Assembly (NCBI GenBank): GCA_040218735.1
Contig: JAVJQW010000062.1
Span: forward strand, 224,001-288,000
Direction: 5' to 3'
DNA: 64,000 bases
Origin: Deltaproteobacteria bacterium
GTDB taxonomy: Bacteria > Myxococcota > Kuafuiibacteriia > Kuafuiibacteriales > Kuafuiibacteriaceae
The stretch's first letter is position 1, and every line of letters starts with the position of its first letter. Shown here one piece after another: positions 16,521 to 26,377 of the stretch. The position numbers and the translations under genes were made by a program. The notes under the pieces were generated by a model. It saw nothing but the letters and a program-made list of their open reading frames with translations. It was not told where the DNA came from and searched no databases.

Positions 16521-18851
16521 CTACAGCGACTCCAGGAACGCCAACAGGTCCGCGCGCTCCTGGGCGCTCAGCATCTCCACGTTCATCCGCACCGCGTCCG
16601 CCTCCGCCTCGTGCGCCGCGATCGCTTGCTCGATCGTCGTCGCCGAGCCGTCGTGCAGGTACGGCGCCGTGTCGCGCAGGCCCCACAGGGGCGACGTCCG
16701 GAAGTGCCGGATGGACGCCATCCCGTCCGCGATGCCCACCGCGTTCGGCGGGGCCACGTCGTGCAGCAGCAGGTCCGAGTACAACGGGACGTCGTTGCCG
16801 TCCTCGTCCTGAAGCGTCGGGATGTGGCACCCCGTGCAGCCGACCGAGTCGAACAGCATCTCGCCGCGCACCACGGCTGCGTCCGTAGCGTTCACGCGCG
16901 GAGGCGGCGCGAGGTTCTCCATGAAGAACGTCAGATCGTCGAGCTCGGGCTGCGTGATCTCCGGGTCCGCGACGTCGTCTTCGTCGGTCAGGAAACCGAA
17001 GGGGCTCGTCGCGTCCTCGGGGACCGTCAGACCGATCTCGTTCGACGTCGCGTCGCGCGAAAACTCCGCGAGGGAGGGGACGTTCGCCTTCCAACCCAGG
17101 CGCCCGATGCGACCGTCGGGCAGCACGTGCGCGATGCCCCGGATGCCGTCGCCGTCCACGTCCATCGGGTCCTCGTTCCCGATGATGTTCACCTCCGAGA
17201 TCCGATCGATCATCCCGAGCCCGAACAGCGGCGGCGTCTGACGCATCTCGAACACCGACGCCTGCTCCTCCGCCGGCGGACGCTGCTCGGGGTCCGACGC
17301 GATCTTGTGCGCCATCGTCCCGTTCGCCGGCGGCGTGAAGACACCGTTGTCGACGTAGCCGTGGCGCATCACGTTCAACCCGAGCGGCCCCGAACCACCG
17401 ATCACCGGATCGAAGTGGCAAGCTCGACACGAGTCACCGTTGAACGTCGGGCCGAGGCCGGCACCCAGCTTCGTGTCGTCGTCGAAGATCTTCCGGCCAC
17501 GCACGAACTGCTCCGCGTCCGCGCCCGTCAACGCCGCCGCCGGCCCCCCGTACTCACCGGGCGCCGGCACCGGCGCGTTCGGCGGGAGCAACCCGTCCGT
17601 CTTCTTGCTCTTCCCGCCGAGCGCCTCCAGGAACGTGACCACCTCCCCGCGCGTGCCCTCCGTCGCCGCAAGGTACGCGTCGCGCGCGGCCGTCGCCTCG
17701 CCGCCGTGCATGCGAATCGCGTCGTCGATCGTGTCGGCGCGACCGTCGTGCAGGAACGGCCCGGTCGGCGCGAGGCCCCACAGCGGCTGCGTGCGGAACT
17801 CGCTCCCCGTCGCTTCCTTCATGCGAATCCCGTCCGCGAGCTCGGGCCCCATGTCGTGCAGCAACAGATCCGAATAGACCGGAATCGAGCCGCGCGGGCT
17901 CACGAGCGTCGGCACGTGGCAGCCGTCGCAACCCATGTCCATGAACGCACGCTCGCCGCGCTCACCCGCGTCGTCCAACGCGTCCGGCGCGGGCGCCGCG
18001 AGCAACATCGCGAAGGCGATCAGATCGAAGAGGTCCTGCTCCGACATCTCCGGATCAATCACGCCGTCCTCGTCGACGGTGGGCTCGTCCGGCGCCGCCG
18101 CCTGACCGTGCCCGGTGGTCCCGTACTCCGCCGTCAGCGCGCGCACGTTGCTGTCCGCCGCGCTCGGCACCGGCAGCGCCGCCTTGCGCTCCTCGGAGAG
18201 CGGGACCGTCGTGACGCCGAGGTGGTTGAACAGCGGGCCGCGGATGAAGCCCTCGATCGACACCGTCTGCGACTTGCGCCCGAAGCGCCCCACGAAGCCG
18301 CGGTCATAGTTGGGCCGGCCGCTGATGCCGTCGCCGTCCGCATCGTCCGGGTCGGCGTTCACGAGGATGGCCTCGTTCGTCAGCTCCGCGAGGAGCCCGA
18401 CGCCGAAGAACGGGATACCGTTGCGCGTCGCGATGACGTTGGTGCCCTCCGCCGTCGGCACGCGGGAGGGCCCCTCCAGCTCGAACTGCGTCTGCACACC
18501 GTTCTTGCCCGTCGCGGTGAAGGAGCCGTCCGACAGCTCCTGTCCCACCAACAGGAAGTTGCGGTACCGCGGCGCCGAGCCGCCGGTGACCGGCTTTTCG
18601 TGGCACGACGCGCAGAAGGTGACGTTGAAGTCCGGACCGAGCCCCATCTCGGGGGTGATGCGACGCTCCGCGACCTCTTTGCCGCGCTCGAAGATCTCTC
18701 GCTGCTCGGCGGTGGCGAACGGGACGATCTCGCCCATCGGCGCGAAGATGTTCGACGGAATCGGGGGCGGCACGTACGTGTCGTCACCGTCGTCGTCCCC
18801 CGTGCAGGCGAACGCCGCCGTCAGCATCAACACCCCGACCGTCTTCTTCAT
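16521..18851 (-). CDS. Di-heme oxidoreductase family (DUF1111-like) lipoprotein with tandem duplicated module, 4 CxxCH
   Basis: Lipobox AAFAC; GLGPxFN..C..CH twice; DPxDxDGDGIxG twice; YSDLLLHD...FRTxPLWG...LHDG twice. Confidence 0.85.
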   Translation of the reverse strand: MKKTVGVLMLTAAFACTGDDDGDDTYVPPPIPSNIFAPMGEIVPFATAEQREIFERGKEVAERRITPEMGLGPDFNVTFCASCHEKPVTGGSAPRYRNFLLVGQELSDGSFTATGKNGVQTQFELEGPSRVPTAEGTNVIATRNGIPFFGVGLLAELTNEAILVNADPDDADGDGISGRPNYDRGFVGRFGRKSQTVSIEGFIRGPLFNHLGVTTVPLSEERKAALPVPSAADSNVRALTAEYGTTGHGQAAAPDEPTVDEDGVIDPEMSEQDLFDLIAFAMLLAAPAPDALDDAGERGERAFMDMGCDGCHVPTLVSPRGSIPVYSDLLLHDMGPELADGIRMKEATGSEFRTQPLWGLAPTGPFLHDGRADTIDDAIRMHGGEATAARDAYLAATEGTRGEVVTFLEALGGKSKKTDGLLPPNAPVPAPGEYGGPAAALTGADAEQFVRGRKIFDDDTKLGAGLGPTFNGDSCRACHFDPVIGGSGPLGLNVMRHGYVDNGVFTPPANGTMAHKIASDPEQRPPAEEQASVFEMRQTPPLFGLGMIDRISEVNIIGNEDPMDVDGDGIRGIAHVLPDGRIGRLGWKANVPSLAEFSRDATSNEIGLTVPEDATSPFGFLTDEDDVADPEITQPELDDLTFFMENLAPPPRVNATDAAVVRGEMLFDSVGCTGCHIPTLQDEDGNDVPLYSDLLLHDVAPPNAVGIADGMASIRHFRTSPLWGLRDTAPYLHDGSATTIEQAIAAHEAEADAVRMNVEMLSAQERADLLAFLESL

Positions 18852-18858
18852 CTCGTCC

Positions 18859-19863
18859 TCACTCGTCGGCTGCGAGCCCTCGCTCGTAAGCAATTCCGCG
18901 GTAGGGCCCCTGCACCTGCAGGAAGTTGCCGCCCACGGTCGTCAGCCCTTCGCTGTGACCATAGACCGCGTGAAAGTCCCTGGCTTCTCCGGACAGCCCG
19001 TCCTCGGTGGTCTCGAGCGACGTGAAGTCGACCTTCGCGAGCGTCCCGGACACCCCCACGACGTGAATCACGTCCGGATCGCGCATCCACACGCCGTTCA
19101 GCCCCGGCAGCGGCGCCAGCGACTGATAGTTCCAGTTCGAGCCATCCCAGGTCACGATCTGCCCGTTGTTCCTACCGCCGACGATCGCGATTCGGTCCGC
19201 CGAGGTGCCCCACAACGCGATGAGATCCTCGCTCGTCCCGACCAGCGCCTCCGTCCATTCCGTCCCGTCGAAGTGGACGACCGTCCCGCGCTGCCCGACC
19301 GCGTAGACGTTGTTGGCCGACGTCCCCCAAACCTTGAACAACGCGTTCACGCGCGGCCGCTCCAGCTCGGGCAACGCGACGTGCGACCACACGCCGTTCT
19401 GCCGACGCAGCAGCGTGAGGTCCCCCTCCTGTCGGCCGTTCCCGCCGACCGCCCAGACGTCGTCGGACGAAGCGCCCCACACCCCCCACAGGTTCTGCGT
19501 GGTGCTGGAGCTCTCGACCGTGAACGCGCTGCCGTCCCAGTGCAGGATCGTCCCCTCGTTGCCGACGACGAAGACGTCGTCCGCCGCGAACCCGTACGAC
19601 CAGTTCAACAGCGGGGTCTCGGCGGGGAGGTCCGCGGGCGTCGCTGCGGTGCCGTCGTACCGGAGCAGTCGCCCGGCGTCGGGCTGGCCACCCGCGATCC
19701 ACAGGTCGTTCGGTGCGACGCCCCAGACCGAGAGGAGCCAGCCGTCGTTCTCCGCGTCGAACGCTTCGGTCCAGGCGGGTGGCGTGTCGTCGTCCCCGCC
19801 GTCGTCGCCCGAGCCGTTGCAGGCGACGAGGAGCGCGGCGGCGAGGAGCGTCGTTCGTTTCAC
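18859..19863 (-). CDS. Lipoprotein with WG-repeat beta-propeller
   Basis: LLVAC; repeats LxxVWG....DVWAVG..G.ILH(W/F)DG. Confidence 0.8.
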   Translation of the reverse strand: MKRTTLLAAALLVACNGSGDDGGDDDTPPAWTEAFDAENDGWLLSVWGVAPNDLWIAGGQPDAGRLLRYDGTAATPADLPAETPLLNWSYGFAADDVFVVGNEGTILHWDGSAFTVESSSTTQNLWGVWGASSDDVWAVGGNGRQEGDLTLLRRQNGVWSHVALPELERPRVNALFKVWGTSANNVYAVGQRGTVVHFDGTEWTEALVGTSEDLIALWGTSADRIAIVGGRNNGQIVTWDGSNWNYQSLAPLPGLNGVWMRDPDVIHVVGVSGTLAKVDFTSLETTEDGLSGEARDFHAVYGHSEGLTTVGGNFLQVQGPYRGIAYERGLAADE

Positions 19864-20492
19864 GGCGTCTTGATCCTCCAGGTCATGTTCGCGGCGCCGA
19901 GCGCCGACGTCACGCGGAGCTCCAGCTTCTTGGTCTTCGGCGTGAGCACGGGCTCGCCGGTGAACGTGTTGCGCGGGAACCGCACCGCGTACGTGTTCGC
20001 GTACGGCGTGATGTACGGGTAGATGGCGCGCAGGTTCGCGGTCGTCTTCACGCGCTCCACCTTGCCGTCCACCGGCTCACCGTCGTCGCTCCGCAGGGTG
20101 ATACGCCAGATGGAGTCGGCGCGGTTGAAGTCGTTCCAGCGCTGGTTCGCGGTCGACGCCGCGACGAAGAACTCCAGGTAGTCCTCCGACTCCTGGTTCG
20201 TGAGCATCAGGCGCGACGCCTCTTCGCTGCCGGGCCCGTACACATCGGGGTGGCGGATCAGGAACGCGCGCCGAAACGCGGGGGAGTGGTAGGTCACGTG
20301 GAAGAACGCGATGCGATAGAGGACGTCGTAGACCTCGTCGTGCCGCGTCCAGTCGCCGAGGACGTCGTCGTAGTCGTCCGGGGCGATCTTCTGCGTCGCG
20401 GCGAGCGCGTGGGCGCGGTCCGCCGGGGTCGTGCAGCCCGCGACCGCGAGGGACGCGATCAGGGCGGTGCCAAGGAGCGCTCGAGCCAACAT
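19860..20492 (-). CDS. Hypothetical lipoprotein
   Basis: LAVAGC lipobox; coupled to pyrE. Confidence 0.7.
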   Translation of the reverse strand: MLARALLGTALIASLAVAGCTTPADRAHALAATQKIAPDDYDDVLGDWTRHDEVYDVLYRIAFFHVTYHSPAFRRAFLIRHPDVYGPGSEEASRLMLTNQESEDYLEFFVAASTANQRWNDFNRADSIWRITLRSDDGEPVDGKVERVKTTANLRAIYPYITPYANTYAVRFPRNTFTGEPVLTPKTKKLELRVTSALGAANMTWRIKTP

Positions 20493-21088
20493 CAGACCGT
20501 CGTAGTCTGGAGGAAGTCGCTGCGATCGAACAGCGTGACGAGCTCCACGTCGGCGGCCTCCAGGTTCGCCCGACCGCCTTCGAGGCGATCCACGAGCCCG
20601 ATGACCAGGCGCACCACGTAGCCGGCCTCACGCACGCGCTCGACCGCCTTCAGCGACGACGCGCCGGTGGTGACGACGTCCTCGAGGATCGCGACCTCGA
20701 TGCCGTCCGCCACGTGTTTCATCCCCTCGATGTAACGCCCGGTGCCGTGGCCCTTCGCCTCCTTGCGGACGATGAACGCCGGGCGCGGGTCGTCGAGGAG
20801 CGCCGAGGTCATCGACGCCGCGCTCGCGATCGGGTCCGCCCCGAGCGTGAGGCCACCGACCGCGCCGATCGTGTGGCCGCTGCGCTCCTCGTACGCGACG
20901 ACGGCGTCGTGAATGAGGCGCCCGACGTAGACGTGCCCGACGGCGTCGAGCGTCACCTGCTTCGAGTCGAAGTAGAAGTTCGACTTCAGCCCGGAGGAGA
21001 GCGTGACCTCGCGCTCCTCGAAGGCGCGCTCCTTCATCATGGTGTGCAGCGCCGCGCGCGCGGCTTCGGGGGTGGGTAGCTCTTTCAT
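20492..21088 (-). CDS. pyrE: Orotate phosphoribosyltransferase
   Basis: TLSSGLKSNFYFD, VRKEAKGHG, LEDVVTTGAS PRPP motif. Confidence 0.95.
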   Translation of the reverse strand: MKELPTPEAARAALHTMMKERAFEEREVTLSSGLKSNFYFDSKQVTLDAVGHVYVGRLIHDAVVAYEERSGHTIGAVGGLTLGADPIASAASMTSALLDDPRPAFIVRKEAKGHGTGRYIEGMKHVADGIEVAILEDVVTTGASSLKAVERVREAGYVVRLVIGLVDRLEGGRANLEAADVELVTLFDRSDFLQTTTV

Positions 21089-21606
21089 CGTCGTTTCTTG
21101 ATCACGACGCGGCGCTTCTTGCGCTCGTCGTGCGGGGACTTGGGTGCGGAGAAGGTCGTGACGGCGGTACGCGGACGCTCGGGCTCGCGCGGGGTCGGAT
21201 CGATGTGGGTCACCTCCGGCTGCGAACGCTCCTCGATGCGCGGCGCCTCGAAGCGGGGCTTCGTGGGGGTGCGCTCGTCGCCGATCGTCAGGCGCCCGCT
21301 CAAGCGCGCGCCCGGCGCGAGCTTCACGCTCGGCGCGGTGAGGTCACCGAGAACCCGCCCGTCGGCGCCGACCTCGATCGCGCCCTCGGCGGTCACGTCG
21401 CCGACCAGCGCGCCCGCGATCACCACGCGCCGCGCGTTGACGTCGGCCTTCACGACGCCGCCCGGCTCGACGTAGAGCACGCCGTCCAGCGCGATCGCTC
21501 CTTCGACGCGTCCGCGCACGACGAGGTCCTCCGCGCCGCGCAGCGTGCCGCGCACGGCGGCGTTCGCCGAGATCTCGGTCTTCAGCTCCGTGAACTGCTT
21601 TGCCAT
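21085..21606 (-). CDS. Bactofilin with Pro-rich/basic C-terminal tail (BacP-like)
   Basis: Beta-helix repeat LVVRGRVEGAI...VVIAGALVGDV...GDLTAP; tail ends KKRRVVIKKRR. Confidence 0.85.
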   Translation of the reverse strand: MAKQFTELKTEISANAAVRGTLRGAEDLVVRGRVEGAIALDGVLYVEPGGVVKADVNARRVVIAGALVGDVTAEGAIEVGADGRVLGDLTAPSVKLAPGARLSGRLTIGDERTPTKPRFEAPRIEERSQPEVTHIDPTPREPERPRTAVTTFSAPKSPHDERKKRRVVIKKRR

Positions 21607-21917
21607 CCGTCCATCTCGATGTGGCCGCGGTACTTGGCGCCGTCCGCGATCTGTACGCGCGGCGAAGCGAGGTCCCCGGCCACGCGGCCCTCGGCGGTGA
21701 TCTCGATGCGCGTCGTCGCCTCGACGCGCCCCTCGACGGTGCCCGACACGTGCACCGTCTCGGCCTGCACGGTGCCGTCGACGGTCGCGCTCGACTCCAC
21801 GACGACGTCCTCGGCGGCGTCGATCGTCCCGCGTAGCTGCCCGTGGATCACCACGGGGTCCTCGCTCGCGAGGTCGCCCTCGATCTCGATGGTTCGGCCT
21901 ATCGTCGTGCGGTCCAC
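21582..21917 (-). CDS. Bactofilin
   Basis: TTIGRTIEIEGDL...VHVSGTVEGRV...GAKYRGHIEM. Confidence 0.9.
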   Translation of the reverse strand: MDRTTIGRTIEIEGDLASEDPVVIHGQLRGTIDAAEDVVVESSATVDGTVQAETVHVSGTVEGRVEATTRIEITAEGRVAGDLASPRVQIADGAKYRGHIEMDGWQSSSRS

Positions 21918-21926
21918 GGCGCCTCC

Positions 21927-22265
21927 CTACAGGTCCTCGGGGAGGTCGACGTCCATGTGCACGTTGCCGCGGAACACGGCGCCCTCCTCGATCGTCACGG
22001 ACGGCGCGCGGACGTCGCCGAGCACCGTCGCGCTCGCCTTCACCTCGATCGAATCCGTCGCGGCGATGTTCCCCGACGCGCGTCCGAAGATGACGGCGGT
22101 CTTCACCTCGACCTCGGCCTCGATGACGCCGCCCTCTTTGACGGTGAGTCGGTCGAGCTGGATCTTGCCGTCGACCTTCCCCTCCACGAGCAACGCGCCG
22201 TCGCCCGTCACCTCGCCCCGAATCTCGAGGCCCTTGCCGATCGTGGAGGTCGACGGGTCCGCCAT
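21927..22265 (-). CDS. Bactofilin
   Basis: STIGKGLEIRGEV...GDVRAPSVTIEEGAVFRGNVHM. Confidence 0.92.
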   Translation of the reverse strand: MADPSTSTIGKGLEIRGEVTGDGALLVEGKVDGKIQLDRLTVKEGGVIEAEVEVKTAVIFGRASGNIAATDSIEVKASATVLGDVRAPSVTIEEGAVFRGNVHMDVDLPEDL

Positions 22266-22281
22266 CGCCCTGTGGATAGCC

Positions 22282-23775
22282 TCAGACGCCGAACAGATCC
22301 AGCACCGTGGAGTCGAGCGTGGCCGGACGCGCCCGTTTCTTGGCCCAGTCGCGGAGCCATTTGATGCGCTCCTCGTAGGTCCGGTACAGCGGGACGGTCT
22401 GTTTCATCGCCAGCTCGAGGTCCTCGTCGGTCATCTCGCGGTCCTCGGCGAAGGCCCGGTAGAGCGCGCTGATGACGACCTGCTCCAGCTCGGCGCCCGA
22501 GTAGTGCTCCGCCTGCTTCGCGATGGAGGAGAGGATCGGGAACCGGTCGGGGTCGCGCTGGCGCTTCTTGGTGTGGATCCTCAGGATCTCCAGGCGCTCG
22601 TGCTGGTTCGGGAGGTCGACGAAGAAGATCTCGTCGAAGCGACCGCGCCGCAGCAGCTCGGGCGGCAGCCCGGAGACGTCGTTCGCCGTCGCGACGACGA
22701 ACACCTCAGCCTGCTTCTCCGACAGCCAGGTGATGAACGAGCCGAAGACTCGCGACGTCGACTCGTCGCCGCCGCCCTCCACCGCGCGGAAGCCCTTCTC
22801 GATCTCGTCGACCCAAAGCACGACGGGCGACAGGCTCTCGGAGATCTTGATCGCCTCGCGGATCGCCGCCTCCGGCGCGCCGCCCGCGCTGGAGAACAGC
22901 GCGCCCACGTCGAGGCGCAGCAGCGGGAACTTCCACAGCTCCGCCACGGCCTTCGCCGACAACGACTTGCCGCAGCCCTGCACCCCGAGGAGCAAGAGCC
23001 CCTTCGGCGGCGGCAGGCCGAACGCCCTCGCCTCCGCCCCGAACGCGCGCGAGCGCGCCTGGAGCCAGCGCTTCATCTCCCCGAGCCCGCCGACGTCACC
23101 GAGGCTCTCGCCGAGCTCGTGAAACTCCAGGACGTCGGTCTTGCGGAGGATGTTCTTCTTCTCCTCCACGACGAGCTTGAGGTCCTCGTCGGCGAGGCCC
23201 TTCTTCAGGACCATCACCTTCCGGAACACCCGCGCCGCCTCGTTGAGGCCGAGCCCCAACGCGGAGCGCACGGCGCGCTCGGCGACGTCCGGGTTGAGGC
23301 GAATCTTCTCGGAGCGCGCGACCTTCTCGAGCTCCGCCATCAGGTCGTCGGGGCGCGGGAGCGGCAGGTCGATCACCGCAGCGTCCTTCTCGAGGTCCGG
23401 CGGCAACGCGAGCGTCGGCGCGATGATCACGAACGACTGTCGCCGCCGCATCGCCGGCCCGAGGCGGTCCCGCAGGCGGCGCACCACCGCGGGGTCCTTC
23501 AGGTACGGGTGCAGGTCGAGGAGCACGAACAGCGCCGGGGCGTCACTCTCGGCGAGCTGCTCGAACGCCTCGGCGGGGTGGTCGACGGTCGGGTCGTCCT
23601 CACCTCCGAACCCGACGGACGCCGACCACTGCGCAAACGCCTTCTTCGCGGCGGCCGCGGCGGTCTTCACGAGCTCGAGCGCCCGGTCCTCTTCCTGGGT
23701 GACGACGTAGATCAGCGGGTAGCCCGCGCGGGACAGAACGGCGATCTGTTTTGCGAGCGGATCGAGCGAGGCCAA
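22282..23775 (-). CDS. AAA+ ATPase, Ycf46-like
   Basis: [14 protein letters not shown]-domain; DVGGL; Walker A GVQGCGKS; Walker B VLWVDE; [20 protein letters not shown]. Confidence 0.9.
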   Translation of the reverse strand: MASLDPLAKQIAVLSRAGYPLIYVVTQEEDRALELVKTAAAAAKKAFAQWSASVGFGGEDDPTVDHPAEAFEQLAESDAPALFVLLDLHPYLKDPAVVRRLRDRLGPAMRRRQSFVIIAPTLALPPDLEKDAAVIDLPLPRPDDLMAELEKVARSEKIRLNPDVAERAVRSALGLGLNEAARVFRKVMVLKKGLADEDLKLVVEEKKNILRKTDVLEFHELGESLGDVGGLGEMKRWLQARSRAFGAEARAFGLPPPKGLLLLGVQGCGKSLSAKAVAELWKFPLLRLDVGALFSSAGGAPEAAIREAIKISESLSPVVLWVDEIEKGFRAVEGGGDESTSRVFGSFITWLSEKQAEVFVVATANDVSGLPPELLRRGRFDEIFFVDLPNQHERLEILRIHTKKRQRDPDRFPILSSIAKQAEHYSGAELEQVVISALYRAFAEDREMTDEDLELAMKQTVPLYRTYEERIKWLRDWAKKRARPATLDSTVLDLFGV

Positions 23776-23781
23776 AGGACG

Positions 23782-24078
23782 TCAGCCCTTCACGATGACC
23801 TTGCCGGCGCGTTTTCCGCTGGGCCGGTTCGCGATCGCGGAGTCCTGGTTCGGGTCGAGCCCGAGCAGCGGATCCTTCGCCCCGCGAGGCAGCGGCGTCT
23901 CCTCCGCCTCCTCGTCCTCCTCGGGGCGCGCGCGCGCCATGCGGTCCTTCAGGACGTCCCCGAACCCCTTGCGCGGCCTCCCGCGCGTCAGCCGCTCGTG
24001 TTTCTCCTGCCGCTTCTGCAGCTCGTCGATCTCGTCGACCTGGTCGCCATCCCAATCGCCGACGCGACGGCGACGCAT
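23782..24078 (-). CDS. Small charged hypothetical protein
   Basis: Co-oriented, ends 6 nt before the AAA start; GC3-biased codons. Confidence 0.6.
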   Translation of the reverse strand: MRRRRVGDWDGDQVDEIDELQKRQEKHERLTRGRPRKGFGDVLKDRMARARPEEDEEAEETPLPRGAKDPLLGLDPNQDSAIANRPSGKRAGKVIVKG

Positions 24079-24141
24079 CTCGATTCGACGAGTCACGGCC
24101 CCATTGTCCGCCGCCTACCCCAGGGAAGGCAACTTCCTGAG

Positions 24142-24711
24142 CTACTGAACCCGAAGGCCCCGTTCGACCTCGAGCTGGAACGTCTTGTGGGCCTCGCGGC
24201 CGACCTCCAGGAACTCCTGCAGGCTCTTCGTGTAGTCGTCCCGTTCGAAGATGTCCGGGTCGATCTTCTTCATGATCGCCTCGAGCCGCTCCCCCATCGA
24301 GAGGATCTGCTCGCCGAAGTCGGCGATCGACATCTGCGTCGGGTCCTGGATGAACCCGTCCGGTTCGTAGGCGTCACCGGCGAAGTACGAGACGTGGACG
24401 TCGTCCCCGCTCGGTTCGAAGATCAGCCCGTTCTCGCTCTCGGAGAGGAGCGTGGTCTCGGCCTCCCCCTCGATGATGTAGGGGACGGTCTTCACCATGT
24501 TGGTGACGAGCTGAAAGATGGGATCCGGCTTGCGCGCGCACATCTCCTTGCCGCTCTCGTCGAAGAAGACGATCGCGCCATAGACGTCCGGGAATTGCAG
24601 GGCCTCCTTGTGGTCGGCGACGACGTCGAGCGCAGCACCGGACCGCACGGCCTCGGCGCCCTCATCCGGGTCTCCGAGATACAGTACGAAGTCCAAGACG
24701 ATCTTGCTCAT
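24142..24711 (-). CDS. Acidic hypothetical protein
   Basis: MSKIVLDFVLY... with GAGGGGG RBS; 3' part of ORF 24142..25407. Confidence 0.7.
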   Translation of the reverse strand: MSKIVLDFVLYLGDPDEGAEAVRSGAALDVVADHKEALQFPDVYGAIVFFDESGKEMCARKPDPIFQLVTNMVKTVPYIIEGEAETTLLSESENGLIFEPSGDDVHVSYFAGDAYEPDGFIQDPTQMSIADFGEQILSMGERLEAIMKKIDPDIFERDDYTKSLQEFLEVGREAHKTFQLEVERGLRVQ

Positions 24712-24788
24712 CGTCCCCCTCGATCGGAAGAACTCATGGTCTGGCCAGGGGTAACACACCCAGCTCGATCCATGAAGTGCTGTCCGAG

Positions 24789-25943
24789 TCACCAGCCCGT
24801 CACGGCGGACACCGTCGTGGTCGACACGTGCGTGACGAGCGCCTCGCGGTCCCTCTGCGCCGCGAGCGCGAGCGGGTGACGCGGCTCGTAACGATACAGC
24901 TCCAGCGTCACGCGGTAGGTCGACCCCGCCCCCGCGAACGGGATGAAGACCCGACGTGTCTCGAGCGGGAGGAGCGAATCGTCGTAGCGCTCCACGAGGT
25001 GCTCCGGGTCGAAGTCCCGGCGGAACCGCACCGTCCGTGAGGGCCCCGCCTGACCGTCGCTGACACGCGTCACGGTGGCCGCGAGGACCCGCCCCGGGTC
25101 CGCCGTGGGCACGTGGTGTCCGGCGCGGTTCGTCACCACGAGGTCCACTCCGCCCGGCACCGCCTCGACCGTCGCCGCAACGTGCTCCGCGACGAACGCC
25201 CCGTCCCGCACGCCGAGGAAGCGGTGGCTGCGGCGCAGACGCGGCGGGCTCGCGTTCGCGACGCGGCCCTCGACCTTCGGCATGTGGCAGCCGAGGCACG
25301 ACGCGGTGCCGCCCGCCGCACGGTAGCGATCGTATTCGGCGTGAGTGTCCGCGGGTGGACGCGGCAGCCCGACGAACGGCGGGTCGTACTGGTGACACCG
25401 CTGGCACATCCCGCCGTGCTCACCGAGCGCCGCCGCGACCGCGACCGGGTGCGGCGCCTCGGGCGCATCGGCGGCGCGCTCGCCGGTGAACAGCGTCGCG
25501 GCCGGCGCCTCCCCGAGCGCCTCGGCGCTCGCGTGACAGACGACGCAGGTCACCCCTTCGGCTTCGAGCGCCGGGTCGTAGCGCGGGTTCGGGTGGCCCT
25601 TCCCCACCAGCGGGTCGAGGCTCGCGAGCCCATCGACGACGTCGCGCATCTGGTTCTCGAGCGGGTTGTGGCAGCGCTCGCAGAGGAAGAGCTCGTGCTG
25701 GTGCGCGTGGTCCGCGCGGTAGAACGGGTTGGTCGTCGACGCCGCCATCAGCGACGTCCGCCACTCGGCCGCGATCTCGGCGTGGCACGCCGCGCAGTTG
25801 TCAGCGGACAGCCCGCCGATCATCGGGAGCGGATCGAGCGCCGGGAGCATCTCGGGCTTGCCGATCGAATCGTAGAAACACCCCGCGAACGCGTCGCAGC
25901 CCGCGAGGAGGAGGAGCGCCAAGACCGTGGCGAGCCGCCTCAC
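24789..25943 (-). CDS. Pentaheme c-type cytochrome lipoprotein (cytochrome c554-like N-terminus)
   Basis: LLAGC; CAACH, CERCH, CVVCH, CQRCH, CLGCH; AGHHVPT. Confidence 0.88.
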   Translation of the reverse strand: MRRLATVLALLLLAGCDAFAGCFYDSIGKPEMLPALDPLPMIGGLSADNCAACHAEIAAEWRTSLMAASTTNPFYRADHAHQHELFLCERCHNPLENQMRDVVDGLASLDPLVGKGHPNPRYDPALEAEGVTCVVCHASAEALGEAPAATLFTGERAADAPEAPHPVAVAAALGEHGGMCQRCHQYDPPFVGLPRPPADTHAEYDRYRAAGGTASCLGCHMPKVEGRVANASPPRLRRSHRFLGVRDGAFVAEHVAATVEAVPGGVDLVVTNRAGHHVPTADPGRVLAATVTRVSDGQAGPSRTVRFRRDFDPEHLVERYDDSLLPLETRRVFIPFAGAGSTYRVTLELYRYEPRHPLALAAQRDREALVTHVSTTTVSAVTGW

Positions 25944-26374
25944 TCCACGTGGCTCCGCAGCGCGTCGGACGCGACGAGGACGTGTCGACGCGCGCGGCCC
26001 AGGACCGTCGGGCGGCGGAGGAGCGCGACGAGGTAGAAGTCGTTGGGCAGCCGGTCGACGATCATGTCGACGTCGCCGAAGCGCAGCTCCAGCATCGAGA
26101 CCGCGCCCGAGCCGTGGGTGTCGTTCGTCGCCTGGAACATCCTCAGGAGCGCGCAGGGCTCGGCGCCGGCGAGGCGGACGAGGAACTCCTGCACCGGCAT
26201 CGTCACCGCCATCGATCGCGGCAGGTGCTCCTTCGCGTACGCCTCCGCGATCGCGGGCGCGCGCGAGGGGCCGAGCGCCGCGACGACGGTCTCCCCTTCG
26301 AAGTCACACAGCACCGCGCCGATCGATCGCGGCAGCGAAGCCACGAGCCGGTCGAGGATCGCCTGCAGCTCCAC
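25940..26374 (-). CDS. Roadblock/LC7-like protein
   Basis: ILDRLVASLPRSIGAVLCDFEGETV...FYLVALL...LGRAR. Confidence 0.65.
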   Translation of the reverse strand: MELQAILDRLVASLPRSIGAVLCDFEGETVVAALGPSRAPAIAEAYAKEHLPRSMAVTMPVQEFLVRLAGAEPCALLRMFQATNDTHGSGAVSMLELRFGDVDMIVDRLPNDFYLVALLRRPTVLGRARRHVLVASDALRSHVE

Positions 26375-26377
26375 CGG

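Noticed and set aside
21130-24879. 1249-aa plus-strand ORF and other long ORFs (3891..6209, 16611..19025, 29376..31400, 37879..40071, 52667..54361)
   Set aside because: Antisense shadows of recognisable genes, expected at high GC; no motifs
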